Origin: Microthyrium microscopicum
Taxonomy: Eukaryota
Reading direction: 5' to 3'
DNA length: 64,000 nucleotides
Assembly (NCBI GenBank): GCA_010405405.1
Contig: MU004238.1
Coordinates: forward strand, 1,065,530 to 1,129,529
Numbering within the stretch: position 1 is the stretch's first letter; each line of letters starts with the position of its first letter. Both the position numbers and the translations under genes were made by a program. The notes beneath the pieces were generated by a model. The model worked only from the letters and a program-made list of their open reading frames with translations, searched no databases and had not been told where the DNA came from. Positions 1 through 14,599 of the stretch are shown here, piece by piece.

Positions 1-1488
1 ATAATAAACATAGTTCTATAGAATTAATCTAGAGAGATTATACTCCTAAATATTAATAAGACCTAATACTATAATTAATACCTATAGTCTCTATATTAGT
101 AGAATAGTTTATAGCTCTATTAGCCTTACTTAAGCCTATTATAGAACTTATAATAATAAGCGCTTATATAGTGCCTAATAAAATAAGCTAAGATTTAAAT
201 TACGCTATAATAGAGTATTATATAAAATAGAAGACTAAGAATATAGAATATTTCTTTTTAGATACTCTATAGAGCTAGAATAAAGAAAGTATATTTTATA
301 GAGATAAAGAATATTACTATAGAAACGTTAGACTATTCTATAACTAACTTAAAGATCTTCTAAGTTTAATAGATTATTAAACTATCTAAATAAATATTTC
401 TTATTATCTTTATAAAGTAGTACTACTATAATATATAGTACTATTTACTCTTAAGAAAGATAGCTTATAAGAAAGACTAGCTATAGTAAACTAGGTTAAA
501 ACTCTTAAAGCTAGATTTATACTAAATAAGATATAAGCTTTAAGTAAGCTAATAAATAACTCTAACTTACGCTATACTATAAAAGATATATTTAATAAGA
601 AAAGCCTTATATAGTAGCTTTTTAACGTACTTATTAAAGCTAATAATATAGGCTTTAAAGATATACTATCTAAGATTAAATAGGCATATATAAACCTAAA
701 ACTAGAGTTTATAATAGTAATTAGTAAACTAGACGTAATAATAATAATAAGTAGTTATAAGACGTTTCTAAAGAGTAATAAGTTTTTATAGAAGAAGATA
801 GCTATAAGCTATTTTAAGATAATAAGATAACTTTACTATATTTAGAATACTAGTTATAATTAGTATAATAACTCTTATTATAAAAATCCTAGATATAGTA
901 AAGGTAGTAATTAGTACGCTAGTTATAATAATAGCTCCTTAATAAACTAAGATATAAAAGTTAATAAATAGCTAACTTACTAATTATAGTAATAAGATTA
1001 TAGAAAAGATTAAAATAATAGTTAGAAGACTTTAGATTAGCTATATTATAGTTAGAAAGCTATAGCCTTAGGCTTAAGAGACTATTACTAGAACTTAGGT
1101 ATAAATTTAGGTAAGCCTATAAATAGTATAAAATAGAGTAGTAAGATACTAAATACTTTTAGTAGATAATTAGCTCTTTATTATAAATCTTCTATTATTA
1201 ATTACTAATAGTACTAAGATCTTATAAATAGCATTTAATAAAACAACTAGGTAAGTAATTAGTATAATAATTCTAACGTTATTATAGACTTACGTAGATC
1301 TTATTAGTTTATAAATTATACTTAAGATTAATAGAATAATAACGTTATATATTTAAATAATAATTAGAATTTTACTACTAATAATAATAATAATAAAAAC
1401 TACTAAGAGGAGTATAATAAAGTAAACAAAACTAAAGGTAACTTTAGAGGCTATTAAGATAATAATAGCTACTAAATTTACTATCTTT

Positions 1489-1691
1489 TGTTATAAATTC
1501 TCTTCGTTGAGATCTCTTTACAAGATCTCTAGCATCCTCATTACGTAATGCTAAGGGCTTAGCGCCTAAGGTTTAGCTAGCATAGAGCTTATCTCTTGCT
1601 AGCCCTAATCTCTCTTTTAGATTCTCTATCTTAGTTTTCTTAAATTATATCTATATCTAGATCGTATCCTTGTATTTATAGCTTCCTAACA
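1489..1691 (+). repeat. 5' LTR of inner retrotransposon (TG...CA, 203 bp)
   Basis: Starts TGTTA, ends TAACA; direct repeat of 8631-8833. Confidence 0.95.
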
Positions 1692-4600
1692 TAAAACTAA
1701 GACCGCTCTAATATTTAAAAACCTATTTTTAAAATGTGCTTACTAATATTGTAAGATTTAATAATTTATGTATTTAAATTCTATTATTCTATGCAAAAAT
1801 AAGTCTCTAAACTTATAAAAATAATAACCCTACTAGCGTAAAGATTTACGTATAAGGACTAAATAGCTCTATAAGTATAGACTAATTAGTAATTAAGGAG
1901 AAGATCTTAGCATCTTCTACCCTATATCTACTAGACTTATAGTAATAGCTTTGTCCTATACCTATATCTCTTCCTATATACCTAAATTAATAATAATAAA
2001 CCTAAACTAAGAATTACTCTTAATTAAAGCACCTAAACCTTATCTTAAACTAGCTACTTTAATAAAGTAAATTATTTAGAAGGCATTAGCTAATCCTTAC
2101 GTACTAGCGCTACCTACTTAATACTATTTAATATTACCTCTTTAGACTATGTTTAGTAAACTTTCTATTAGTTACTAATTAGAGATACGCGCATAATTTA
2201 AGATTTAATAACTCTAAGAGACTACTTAGTCTATAATGTAATAGTTAACCTTAAAAATTTTTAATAGTAATAACAATATAGCTAAACTACCTTATAGCTA
2301 TAGCTAGCATCGTTCTTTTATTTGCTCTTACTATTCTTCTTTAGCCTAAGCTCTAATCTTATTAAATATTATTAAATAACCTAAAGGTAGCACTTAAAAC
2401 TTATTTAAGAAGAATAAAGGCAAGAAAGCAATACGTTATAATGTATAGCTATATTTGCTAGATTAAGATTAGATTAATTAGATTATTCTTAAAGGCTAAT
2501 ACTTATAATACTTTGTAATATACGTTAGTATTACTCTAGAAGATTAAACCTATATTATCTCTATATACCTTATACGAAATTAAGTAGCATTCTAAGTATA
2601 AGAGTCTCTAAACCTAGAAAGAAAAATTAGACCTATATTTATTAACCTTATTATATTCTACTATATTTAAGGCAAAGTAGAACTAAAGGTTATTAAGAAT
2701 AAAATAAGCTTTACTTATAGTATTAGCTTTTATGCTAACGTCTAGTTTAAGTAGCTTTATAACTATATTAAATCTACTTAGGTAGTAAGCATTACTTTTA
2801 AAGCTATATATATTAACTTAGTAAACCTATTAAAAGAATGCTAGCATAATAAAGATAATATTTTAGACCTCTCTACTATATATAATAACGCTATAGTATA
2901 AAATTCTCTTCTATAATAACGTATCTATACCCTAGAAAGTAAAGCTACCTAAGCTATAAGTAAAGCTTATTAGTTAATTAAGTAATAGCTTTACCTTAAG
3001 GAATAGGATATAATTTACTACTATAAGGTAACTAGAGCTATAAATACTATTAAGCGTCTATATAACTCTTATATTAAAAAGTATAACTAAATTATACTCT
3101 TAGAAGAAAAAGTCTAAGACTTTAAAGATTAACTAAGTAACTTAGCTTATAAGACTAAAGAACTAGTATACTAAATAGACTCTAATAAGAAAGTAGACAT
3201 AATGCTACTTTCTTAGGGCTATCTATACCTAAATCTTTATCTTAATACTAAGAGTGCTACGCTTATTTTAAAAGTATTAGTAAGCTCTAAAACTAACTTT
3301 ACGTAAAAATAGTAAGATCCTAGTACTTATAATAGTAAGAAATAAGACTTATACTCTTAATAGAAGCTTAAAGTAAAAGACTATCTTTATTATAAAGTAC
3401 GTACTTTTCTTAATAAGCTATTTTAAGCTATCTAAGTTTATAGTAAATATAAAGACTTTACTCTTAGTTTCGTTATTAATTATGCTTAATATAACGTACT
3501 TAACTTATATACTTCTATAGTAGAGTTTTAGGATAATCTTAATTACTATTTTAAAGGTATTAATAAGCGTAAAGCTACCCTTCTTTAGCTATAAAATCTA
3601 TCTAATAAGATAAAGAAGACTAATAACTTAAGCTCTTATCTAGTTAAGTTTATTAGTAAAACTAATAAGGCTTGCTTATCTAATACTAATAAACTAACTT
3701 ATATACGTAATATAATTACTAAAGAACTAATAAGCTATCTCTATGCTAGTAAAGTAACTATAAGTACTAAGTTTATAATAAAACTATAATAAGTTAACTA
3801 CTTCTTAGACTATAAGAAGTCTAATAATAAAGATAAGGATAAGGATAAGAATAAAGATAAGAATACCTAAAAGATAATTCTATGTCGTAATAATGCCCTA
3901 TTTCTACGCCTTAAGAAAGAAGAACGCTACTTATAATATAGTAATAAAGGCTATAATCTATAATCTAAAACTATACCTTACTAAGGCAAAGATACTATGT
4001 CTAATAATAATATCTAAACTAAATTAGCTTTAATCTATACTTCTTAGTTATATTATACTCTAAGCGTAGAAAATAATAAAGACGTATCCCTAACCTATAG
4101 CTAACGCTAAGGAAATATATAGTTTCTTTATACTAACGTGTAGATAAGCTAAACTCTAATAAGGCGTAAAATAAACGAAAGAAACGTTAGATAGAAGCTA
4201 TCTAAGCTTACCTAAGTAAATCTAAATCTAAGGAAGAATCTTATTATAGTATAGTAGTAGTCTATATATTTACTACCTATTTACTAATTAATTAATTACT
4301 AAAAACTAATACTATTCTAAAAGTAGAATAATAGTAGAGTACTATAGAGAGTATCTTTTTCTTAGATAGCTCTTATACTAAAGTAAAAATTCTTATTAAT
4401 ATAGGTAGTAGCGTATTTAGCATTATTAACCCTTATTACCTTTAACTTTATAGCCTTAAATCTATTAAAATATTAAGACTCTATTAAGCTAAGATAGCTA
4501 ATAGTTACGCTATTACTATTATAACTTATATAGTATTTATTACCTTACGTATTAATATTTATTTTAAATAAGCCCTATACTTTATTATAGAAATTACTAA

Positions 4601-7600
4601 TTATAATATTATCCTTAGAAACCCTTAGGTTAATAAGTATAAAGTTATACTTTAAGAAGGCTAGTAAACACTAAGCTTCTACTCTAAGTACTATCTTTAA
4701 AGCTATATAGCTTTATATTGCCCTATTATAGTTAATTATAGAGGCTAAGTAGTTATAAAAAAGAAGGATAAGAATACTCTTAATTTCTACGTTATTTCTT
4801 TCTATATATTTATAACTCTAATATAGTAAGAAAAAAACTAATTCTTTATATTATATAAAGAAGATTTTAATACGTTAGAAGAAGAAGAAAATCTAGATTC
4901 TATTTTTTAGTATAATATTGCTAGTATCGTAGTAATCTTAATAGAAGACTATACTAAATAGTAAGAGAAGCTTAAATAGGATTTACTAATATAAGAAGAA
5001 TTACTTAGCCTAATCCCTAAAGAATTTTACTAATATATTTGCCTCTTTAACTTAGTATAAGCTAATAAATTACTACTTTATTGCCTTAGATTTAACTACT
5101 CTATTCTAATAGATTTATAAGCTAAAGTACTTATATAGAAGTTCTATAAGATATTGCGCTAATAAGCTTAAGTTATTAAAGAGTATATTAAAAATATACT
5201 TAAAAAAGACTTTATCTATAAAAGTACTTCTTAATACGCCTTACTAGTTTTCTACGTTAGTAAACTAGGTAAAGGTATCTACGTCTACGTAGATTACTAT
5301 AAATTAAACGAAATTACCTTAAAGAATTAGAACGTTTTGCTACTTCTTACTAAGACCCTTATGAAGATCTATAAAGCTAGATTCTTCTCTAAATTTAATA
5401 TTATTACTACCTTTAATAATATTTATATCTATAAAGATAATAAGTATAAAATTACCTTTCTTACCTATTATAGCTTATTTAAGTTCCTTATTATATTATT
5501 TAGCATAACTAGCTCCCTTAGAATATTCTAAGCTTTTATTAATAGCGTTATTTAAGAATACTTAGACAATTTTATTACTATATACCTAGATAACGTCCTT
5601 ATCTAGAGTAAAACTAAAGAAGAGTATATTACTTATATTTATCTAATCCTTAATAAGCTTAAGAAGGCTAGCCTCTACCTTAATATTATTAAGTTAGAAT
5701 TTATAACTAAGAGCATTAAATACCTTAGTATTATTATTATACCTAATAGAATCCTTATAGATAAAAAGAAAGTAGAAGTAGTACTAAAATAGTAATATTC
5801 CTTATTACTTAAAGACATCTAAATATTCTTAGGCTTTATAAACTTCTATTGCTAATTTATTAAAGGATACTTAAAAATTATAGTACTAATAATAGTACTT
5901 ACTAAAAAGGACGTTTCTTAATAATACCTTTAGAACCTAAACGGCCCTAAAGAGGCCGCTTTTAAAGCTCTAAAGAAAGCTTTTACTATAGTATTAATTT
6001 TATAATATTTTAATCTTAATAAAGAGACCTAGCTTAAAACTAATACCTCTAACTAGGTTATTATAGTAGTCCTCTTATAGAAGAATAATAATAAAGAACT
6101 TTACCTAGTTACCTTCCTATCTAAAAAGATAATACTAGCAAAGTATAACTATAATATTTATAATAAAGAACTACTTACAATTATTTATACATTTAAAGAA
6201 TAGGAACTAGAGCTATTCTCTACTAATAATCCTATTAAAGTCTATATAGACTATCTTAACTTAAGGTCGTTTATATCTATAAAAAAGCTCTCTTACTATT
6301 AAGCGCGCTAGGTAGAGTTCCTATTATAATTCTAATTTAAAATTAAATACTATAATAGACTATTAAACGCTAAAGCTAATGCCCTTACTTAATAGTCTTA
6401 AGACCTACTATAATCTAATAACAACCTATAAGTTATATAATAAGTATATTTTATACTATTCTTCTACTATTTCGCTAATACTTATAGCATACGCTATATA
6501 TTTAATATAATTACTTATAATACGCGCTAAGCTATTAAGGTAGCAACTATACTAGTTTAAGATAAATGCTCTTTAATAATTAAGTTAGTTATAATTATTA
6601 CTAATAAAGTTAATATATTTACTATAGAAAAGAAGTTAACTAGTAATCTAATTATAGAGAGTTATCCTAAGGATACTCTAACCTTAGGAGAATTAACTAG
6701 TTATCCTAAGGTAGAGAATATACCTACTAACCTAGAAATATTATAGAAGGATATTATTAAAGTAAGCAAAAAGGATAAGCTTATTTAAGCTATTTATAAC
6801 TATAAAGCAGCGCAATATTACTACTTACCCTATAGTATACTAGAACATAAATCTATTAAGCTTAGAGACTATTAAGTCCTTATAGATAAAACTATTTAAT
6901 ATTACTAGTACCTACTAGTCCCTTATAGAAAACTTTACTATTATATAATATAATACATATATAATTATAAGATTATAGAATATAGAGGTATTGCTATAAC
7001 TTATTAACGTCTATTCTAGTTCTACTATTAGCCTTGTATAGTAGAAGACGTTAAGTAATATATAAAGTAATGCTACTATGCTTTCTCTAAGCTAGTAATA
7101 TAAAAGAAATAAGGCCTACTATAGTTATTCCCTTTACTAAACTATGCGTAGGCTAATATATTAATTAACTTTACTATTACGTTACTACTATATATCTACT
7201 TAGGAGTTATTTATTACTACGCTATAATAGTAGTTAATAAACTTACTTATACTTACTACTTTATACCCTTAGCTAACCTTAGCGTCTAGATAATAGTATT
7301 AGTATTCCTTAACTAAATCTAGAAGCATATTAGCTAGCTAGACTTTATCTTATCTAATTATAGATCCTAATTTACTTTAGCCTTCTAGCGCTACTTATAT
7401 AAGTAAGTAGAAGTAATAATCCACTTTACTACTACTTAGTACCTATAATCTAATAGCATTACTAAGATTATAGTATAAGCCCTAAAGGCTTACTTATAAT
7501 GCTTTATTAATTACTAATAGAATAATTAGGTTAGACTTCTACCATTTGCTAAGTTTAAAGCTAACTACGCTATTTACGCTACTACTAAAATAAGCCTATT

Positions 7601-8630
7601 TAAAGCGCTTAATAGCTTACTACTATAATCTAGCTTAGAACTAGTCATACTAGGTAAGATATATATAGGCTTTAAGCTAGTACAAAATAAATAACGCTCT
7701 ATAGACGCATTCCTTAAAGATAGATAAGACTTACGTAACTACCTTCGTAAGTAAATTTCATAGTCTTAGGCGCTAATAAATAAGTAAGTTAACTAACACC
7801 GTTATCTAGTACTTAACCTTAAATTAGGTAACTAGGTACGTCTAGATATATATTACTATAAAACTCTTTACTCCTCTAAATTACTTAATAATAAATCTAC
7901 TAATCTATTTAAGATCTTAAAGAAGATTAATATACTTACTTATAAGCTTAATCTCCCTAAAAAGATAAAAATATACTTTATCTTTTATGCCTAGCTTTTA
8001 TACCTTGTCCCTAAAGGCGTTGCTATACTATAAGAACTTAATAACTCCTTAGCTATTACTAACTTAAAAGAAAATAATAATAAGTAGGAATAGTTAGTTA
8101 ATTGCGTTATTAATAGCTATTAGTATAATTAGTAAAGAAAAAGTAAAAAGAAGATACTCTAATATAAAGTTAAATTTACTAGATAAGATAATTAGAATTA
8201 TAACCTAGATTAGTAACTATAAATAGATCTTAAATTATACCCTAAGCTTATTATAGAGTTTTATAACTATAATCTTATAAAACTAGGCCTTTATAAGTCG
8301 TTTATTAATTCTTAGAAGAAGAAGGATAAAGAATATAACTCTAATAATATTCCTCCTAATTAGTAAGGTTATTATTATTACTATAGTAGTGTCTTAATAC
8401 TTCTATAAACTAGAGTATTCTAAGAATATCTTATAGTTCGTTAATACTACTTAATAGTTACCTTAGTAGGCTAGAGGGTAGTAAGGAATAAATACTTATA
8501 GTATTATATATAGAAGGATGTTAAACTCTTTACTTTTATTATTATAGTTATAATACGTTTTATACCTATTATAGCATTATTTTGTATAGTTAGATTAGCT
8601 TAGGAGCGCTAATATTAGAGGAAAGAGTAT

Positions 8631-8833
8631 TATTATAGATCCTCTTCGTTAAGATCTCTTTATAAAATTTCTAGTATCCTTATTACGTAATGCTAAGGGC
8701 TTAGCGCCTAAGGTTTAGCTAGCATAGAGCTTATCTTCTACTAGCTCTAATCCCTCTTCTAGATTCTCTATCTTAGTTTTCTTAAATTATATCTATATCT
8801 AGATCGTACCCTTGCATCCGTAGCTCCCTAACA
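8631..8833 (+). repeat. 3' LTR of inner retrotransposon (203 bp; terminal TG mutated to TA)
   Basis: Colinear with 1489-1691 without indels; preceded by the polypurine tract and followed by the TSD. Confidence 0.95.
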
Positions 8834-11800
8834 TCTTTAAACTTAAGTCTTTAAGTCTAAAAACTTAACTTTAAAACGTACTACTTATTTTAACTATAAT
8901 ATTTTATTTAACTCTTAAAACCTACTATTTAAGTACTTATGCTTATTAAAAGTTTATAAGTCTATAGCTAATAAAGAAGTTAAGAATAAAATCTTAAAAC
9001 CTTTATTAGTCTTAATTAACTATATTTAAATAAATTAGAAGGTTATATAAATATTACTAGCACGTATACTATAACTAATCTAAGATAAAAACTTTCTTTA
9101 ATACTATTATTTAACTATCTTAATTACTTTTAGTAAAAATTAGACTTTAATACTAATATATATTAATTTAAACGCTATAGTAAGCTATATTAGCTCTTAT
9201 ACGCTACGTAAAATTTTACTAAATATAATTCTTATATCTTAAAAATACGTACTTAGAATAAGAGTATATAATATATTAGTATAAGCTATAAACTATATAA
9301 AGTTATTACTATATATTTATAGTTATAGTAACCTTAGCTTCTTAGCTATTCTAGAAATCTAGGTAGAGTTCTAGGTTATTAAGAACTTAAATAGTTTATT
9401 ACTAGTTTCTATAAATATCTTAGAGCTACTTAGAGTTATACTAGATCTAGAGAATAAAAAGCTAATTTATTATTATAAGGAGTATAGTATAAAGAAACCT
9501 TATTTCTTTATTACGTCTTTATAAGTTTTTATAAGATAATATACTTAAATATACTAAATAGTTTATACTACTTAAAATAAAACTATTCTTCCTTATTCTA
9601 TCTAGTTTATTTAAATAATAGTAGTTAGAAAAAACTTTTTTAATAAAGAAATTCTATTCTTTATTCTAGATCTAGATAGCCTAGCGCTTAGTCCTTTTAA
9701 TAACGTAATTCCTATAATAGTAAATTTAAAAACTAAATTTATTACTATCTATAATAATATAAATAAACCTTTCTCTCTTTATAAGTAAATTAAACTAGGA
9801 TTACTTATTTTATACTCTAAATATAATACTTATTATATTAGCACTAAGTATTTAAACTTTATAACTTCCTTACTAGCTAGAACTTCTCTCTATTAAGAAG
9901 TTTATAAAAATTCTTACTAATAGAAACTTAAGATTCTATCTATAATTCCTTACTAAGCTAAATTCTTTTAGCCTTACTATTCTTAGATAAAATTAGGTAA
10001 CGAGATAAAGGTAAAAATTCTATCTTCTATTTATTTATTACTATATAAAAATTATAGTATTAATTATTTAAATACTATAATAATACTATATATAATATAG
10101 CTTAAATAAATTATAGTAATATTAAAAATACTATACATAATTAAAATCTTATTAAACGCTATTATTTAACTTCCTTATAAATTTCTTACTACTAATATCT
10201 AAGCCTATAAAGAGAATTATTACTATTAAAATTTAGATATTTCTTTAATAGCTAAATTACGTCCTTAGGTATTAACCTCTTATACTTAGGTATTACGCTC
10301 TAAACTAAAGAGTTAAATCTCTACTAATACTAAGCTATTACTTAAGTAGAAATTACTTCTTATTAAGGATCTTAACTCTATTATAAAAAGTAGGCTTAAC
10401 TAACTAACTAAAGTTAACCTACTAACTATTTCTAAATTAGCTACTATAAGTACTAAAAACTTACTAGAGTCTATTCTAAAGCCTTTTATCTTACTAGACT
10501 AAACCTAAAATAATACTATACCTAGGTAATGTCTTATTACTATATTTCTAATAAATTAATAAAGCATAATTCCTTAGGAGCTCCTTAATATAAAGCTAGT
10601 TAGCTTATATTAAAAACTCTTTATAAATAACTAGCCTCTTTCTAGCTTTCTTTCTATAAACGTACTAGGAGACTTAAGTTTCTATAGTAAGCTATTAATA
10701 CTAGTAAAGTATATAAGCTTAAAAATTAATTTAGAATAAAGTAAAGAGTTTTAAGAGACTATATTATATAGTATAATAGTTTATAATTTATATAAATAAA
10801 GACAAATATTTAATTCTATACTTTAGAAATATATAAAAGTTTTTAATAGCATACTAGGACTTATTAAAATATAAGAAGAAGATTTTATAAAAATTATTCT
10901 AATAATAGACTAGTAAATAGTATAAAGAAATAAAGTTAGTATAAAACTATACCTAGTTAGAATAATAAGTTAGAAAGTAATTAATACTTTATTTAATAAA
11001 TTATAAGTCTAAGAAAAAATAGAATTTTAAAAGTACTTTACGCTTTTTACTACCCTAGTTTTTATAGTCTAGAAAAATATTACTAAACTAGATAGAACTA
11101 TAAAATAAGAAGGCTATATTATACTTAATATAAAAATAATAAATAAGATTACTATTAAGAATACTTACCTAATCTTAAAGATATTAGATATTATAAATAT
11201 AATTACTAACGCTAAGTTTATATTAATATAGAATGCTAAATTCTTTTTCTATTAATTTCCTATTTATCTAAGCTATTACTATATATTTATAGTTATTATA
11301 TATAAAGGACTAGAAGTTATAAATATTATCTTAATAGAATTTTAAAACTCTCCTTCTTATATATAATAATTTATAGATAGTATTATTTATAAGTATAAAA
11401 AATAGTTAAGAGTCTATATTAATAACTTTATTTTTATATTAAAAAATTTCTAGTTAGTAATAGAGTATATTAAAACCTTTCTTAGACTTTATAAGGAATT
11501 TAATATTATCCTAGCTAATAAGAAATACTTTCTAGAATTTTCTATAGTTATAATCTTAGGAAAGAAACTTACTAGTAAAGGTATTTCTTATATATTAGAG
11601 AGAATTATAATAATTACTAAACTACTATTCTTTACTACCTTAGTAGCCCTTAAATACTAGAATATATTAACTAGATAGCTATAAAAGTATATATTAAGAT
11701 ATACTATTATTATTAATCTATTAAAATAAAAGGAAACTTATTTATTTTATAATAGTCTAAAAATAAAGACTAGTAGATTAAACTTTACTAAGAAAATAAC

Positions 11801-14071
11801 TATTATATCTAATAAAGATATACTTATAGCTTTTAAGAAAGTTAAATTAATTATTAAAGAAAAGGCCTTTAAAATATTAGCGTTCTTAAATACTAAGAGA
11901 AGACTATATATCTAGGTTAATATAAGCTATAAAAGTATTAAAGTTTATATATACTACGTTTAAAATAATCTAAATAAAAATAATAAGATTAAGAAATCTA
12001 AGATTTAAATTCTTTACTTTCTATTAAGGATACTTACGAAAGCTAAAGCAAATTACTAGGTAATAGAGCTAGAAATTTTAGTATTAATTTAGGCTATCTT
12101 TAAACTTAAAGAATATATTTATTTAACTTTATAAACTATTATTTATATAGACTACGTAGCTAATATATAAATATTAAAATAGACTATACTTAAAAGTATA
12201 TTTATAAATAGATAGAACTTATACTTATAGTAAGCTTTATCTTATCTATAGTTATATAACTTAGACGTTTATTATATTAAAAGAAAGCTTAATATAATTC
12301 TTAATACTCTCTCTTACTTACTACTTACTAATAGAGATATAGAAAATAAGAAGAATCTTAAAAAGATCTAGAAGTACGTATATAATATAATTACTATAGT
12401 TATAAAGTATAACTTTAAATAAACGCTAGTTATAGGCTATTACTAAGATAGCTATTAAAGAAACTTATATAACTTAGTATTTATAAAAGATTTATATAGT
12501 ATATAATTCTTTAGAGATATAGATAGGCTACTCTAGTACGTTAATATATATAATAAACGTAAAAAGCTTATAATTCCTAAGTCTACCTAGGTCTATATTT
12601 TTAAAGTCTTATATAATTAAGAATATTATAATAGATTTTATTATACTTACTATTATATAACTTAAAGTTATTATATTTATAGCTTAGTATAGTACTTATA
12701 TTAATATCTTACGTACTACTTAATCTACTAGAAAGTAAGAATAGTAAGATATAAGCTATATAGAGATATAAAACTAATTTAATATCTTCTAATTCTATTT
12801 TATATATAGTATATTAACTTTATTATAGCTATACTAAAGTATTAAGAATATAACGCTATACTTATAAATATATATAAATATTTAAAAGCAACTTATATAG
12901 TTCTTAGAAAGATTATATAGAGTAGTAATTAATAAATAAAAGCTTTACTAAACTAGTAGCTACTTTAAAGAATTCCTTAAGCTATTATTTATAATAGAGA
13001 TAAAAAGTTTATAAGTTAGTTCTAGACTATAATATATATAGTACTTAGTATAGCCCTTATAGTTATAATAATATATTACTTATAATTAGATAGATAGTTA
13101 AAGAGAACTAATTAAGTTATTAAGATTACTATATAATACTAGCTTATATAAAGATATAAAGATTAGGTCTTATATCTTTTATCTCTATGCTACTAATTAA
13201 ACTTTTTAATATTATAAGCTACTAAATAGACCCTATATAAACTTTTCTTTAAGTTTAATCTAGATATAGGTTTAAAATTAGCTAGTTAAAGTCTAATACT
13301 AAATAAAGTTCTAGATCTTATTTAGTAAAGACTTACTTATTAACGTAAAGCTATAAATTTAATTACTTATATAAACCTTTAGATAAAAACTACTAATAAC
13401 TAGAGATTACTAAAGCTTTAACTCTATATAAGAATATAAGTATACTTTATTTAAGAAAAAGGTTATAAGATAAAAGAATATAATCTTAATAAGAATAATA
13501 CTAAATAAAAACTACTACATAAAGGCCTATATAAAATTATTAGTATATATAGTTATAGTAACGTAATAAAATTAGAGTTACTATCTTAGTTAATAATTTA
13601 CCTTATTATCTTTATTAAATAAATTAAACCTACTCTTAAAGAAATTAATCCTTATAATTATAAGATCTCTTCTTAACTTAAGCTAGCTTAGTATAAGTAA
13701 GATAATTACTATTTTAAGATTACTAAATTACTTAATAGAAAAGCTAAACTTATAAAACGTAATAAATACTAAAAGAAGATTTAGAGTTATTTAACGCTAC
13801 TTAAAGATATACTATACTTAAACTCTAAGTAGATTCTATAAGATAAGCTATAAGCTTAGCTTATTAAGGAATATAAGGTAGATAATAGTATTATATAAGA
13901 TAATAAGAGTATACTATAGGATATTATAGATTCTATAATTTAAAATAGATAAGTTAAGTATCTTAGAATAAGATAAACTTTTAATATAATTCTATTACGT
14001 ATTCTCTAGCTTTATAACTAATAAGGACGTCTTAATAGACTTTATTCTTTCTTTTATAAGGAGTACTAATA

Positions 14072-14212
14072 TATAACGTTAGATTATAGCTCTTACCTAT
14101 TCTTAAAGAGGTAGGGCTAGGGTTAGATAGATATTCTATCCCCTTTAGGGATTAGAAGCTAGATAGCTTCCTTATTCCATTATCTTACTTACTACGACTT
14201 CGTCTCATTACA
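14072..14212 (+). repeat. Probable 3' LTR of outer retrotransposon
   Basis: Follows the outer pol remnant; starts TATAAC (RIP form of TGTAAC), ends CATTACA at the AT-to-GC transition. The partner LTR is outside the window, so this is unconfirmed. Confidence 0.5.
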
Positions 14213-14599
14213 TGCTCCCTCTTCAGGCACGATAGGATGTTGGCAAGAACGAAAGTGTAAAGTATAGGAGCTAAATGAATAAGGGGCTATTACTATATAG
14301 GGAGTCAGGGACAAACTGCCCGCACCCACGTCCCAACTCGGATCGTCGATACAGCCACGTTGACTCAGCAAAATCTTACTTAGCTTAACCTCGGCTTATT
14401 AAGCTCGCAATTGCACCGCCTCAACTCACGCTTGCAGGTGCTCATGATTACCTTAAACTTAATTATAGTCGCTTATGCTCAAATCTAGCTACCTCAGGCT
14501 ACTTATGCTGTCGCTTAGTCCCTTTCGACTGGAAAGAATCGATTCAACACACTCTCTTTTTGGCCAATCTACTCAATTGAACATTACGACAAGTCACTA

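Larger units (their letters stand above)
1489..8833 (+). mobile_element. Inner full-length Ty3/Gypsy (probable chromovirus) LTR retrotransposon, RIP-inactivated
   Basis: Two 203-bp LTRs; 5-bp TSD TCTTT at 1484-1488 and 8834-8838; polypurine tract AGAGGAAAGAG just before the 3' LTR. Degenerate CCHC knuckle (~3925-3975), protease LIDTG-like (~4393), RT 'tac cta gat aac gtc ctt atc' (YLDDVLI-like, 5583-5603), RNase H TDASD and YDKELLAI-like (~6040-6185), integrase DFIT and SDRGSQF-like (~7165-7375), possible chromodomain remnant (~8090-8280). ORF 5337-5531 is an RT fragment. Confidence 0.93.
1..14212 (+). mobile_element. Outer RIP-degenerated Ty3/Gypsy LTR retrotransposon; 5' end lies outside the window; interrupted at 1489-8833 by a second element
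   Basis: Very AT-rich, with TpA excess and near absence of CpA/TpG (RIP). Degenerate pol motifs on + in Gypsy order: RT 'gtc tat att aat aac ttt' (V-Y-I-D-D-F after G>A reversion, ~11412-11429), RNase H 'aat tac tag gta ata gag cta gaa' (NYWVTELE-like, ~12052) and YTDH-like (~12145), integrase 'att aac ttt att ata gct ata cta' (IDFITAMP-like, ~12812) and DRDKKF-like (~12992). Gag-like remnant at 1-1488. Confidence 0.85.

Noticed and set aside
5337..5531. 64-aa ORF in the AT-rich block
   Set aside because: Stop-free fragment of the RIP-mutated reverse transcriptase, not a gene
1..14200. Extreme AT content suggesting organellar DNA or an alternative genetic code
   Set aside because: TpA excess, CpA/TpG loss, LTRs and decayed pol motifs are fully explained by RIP
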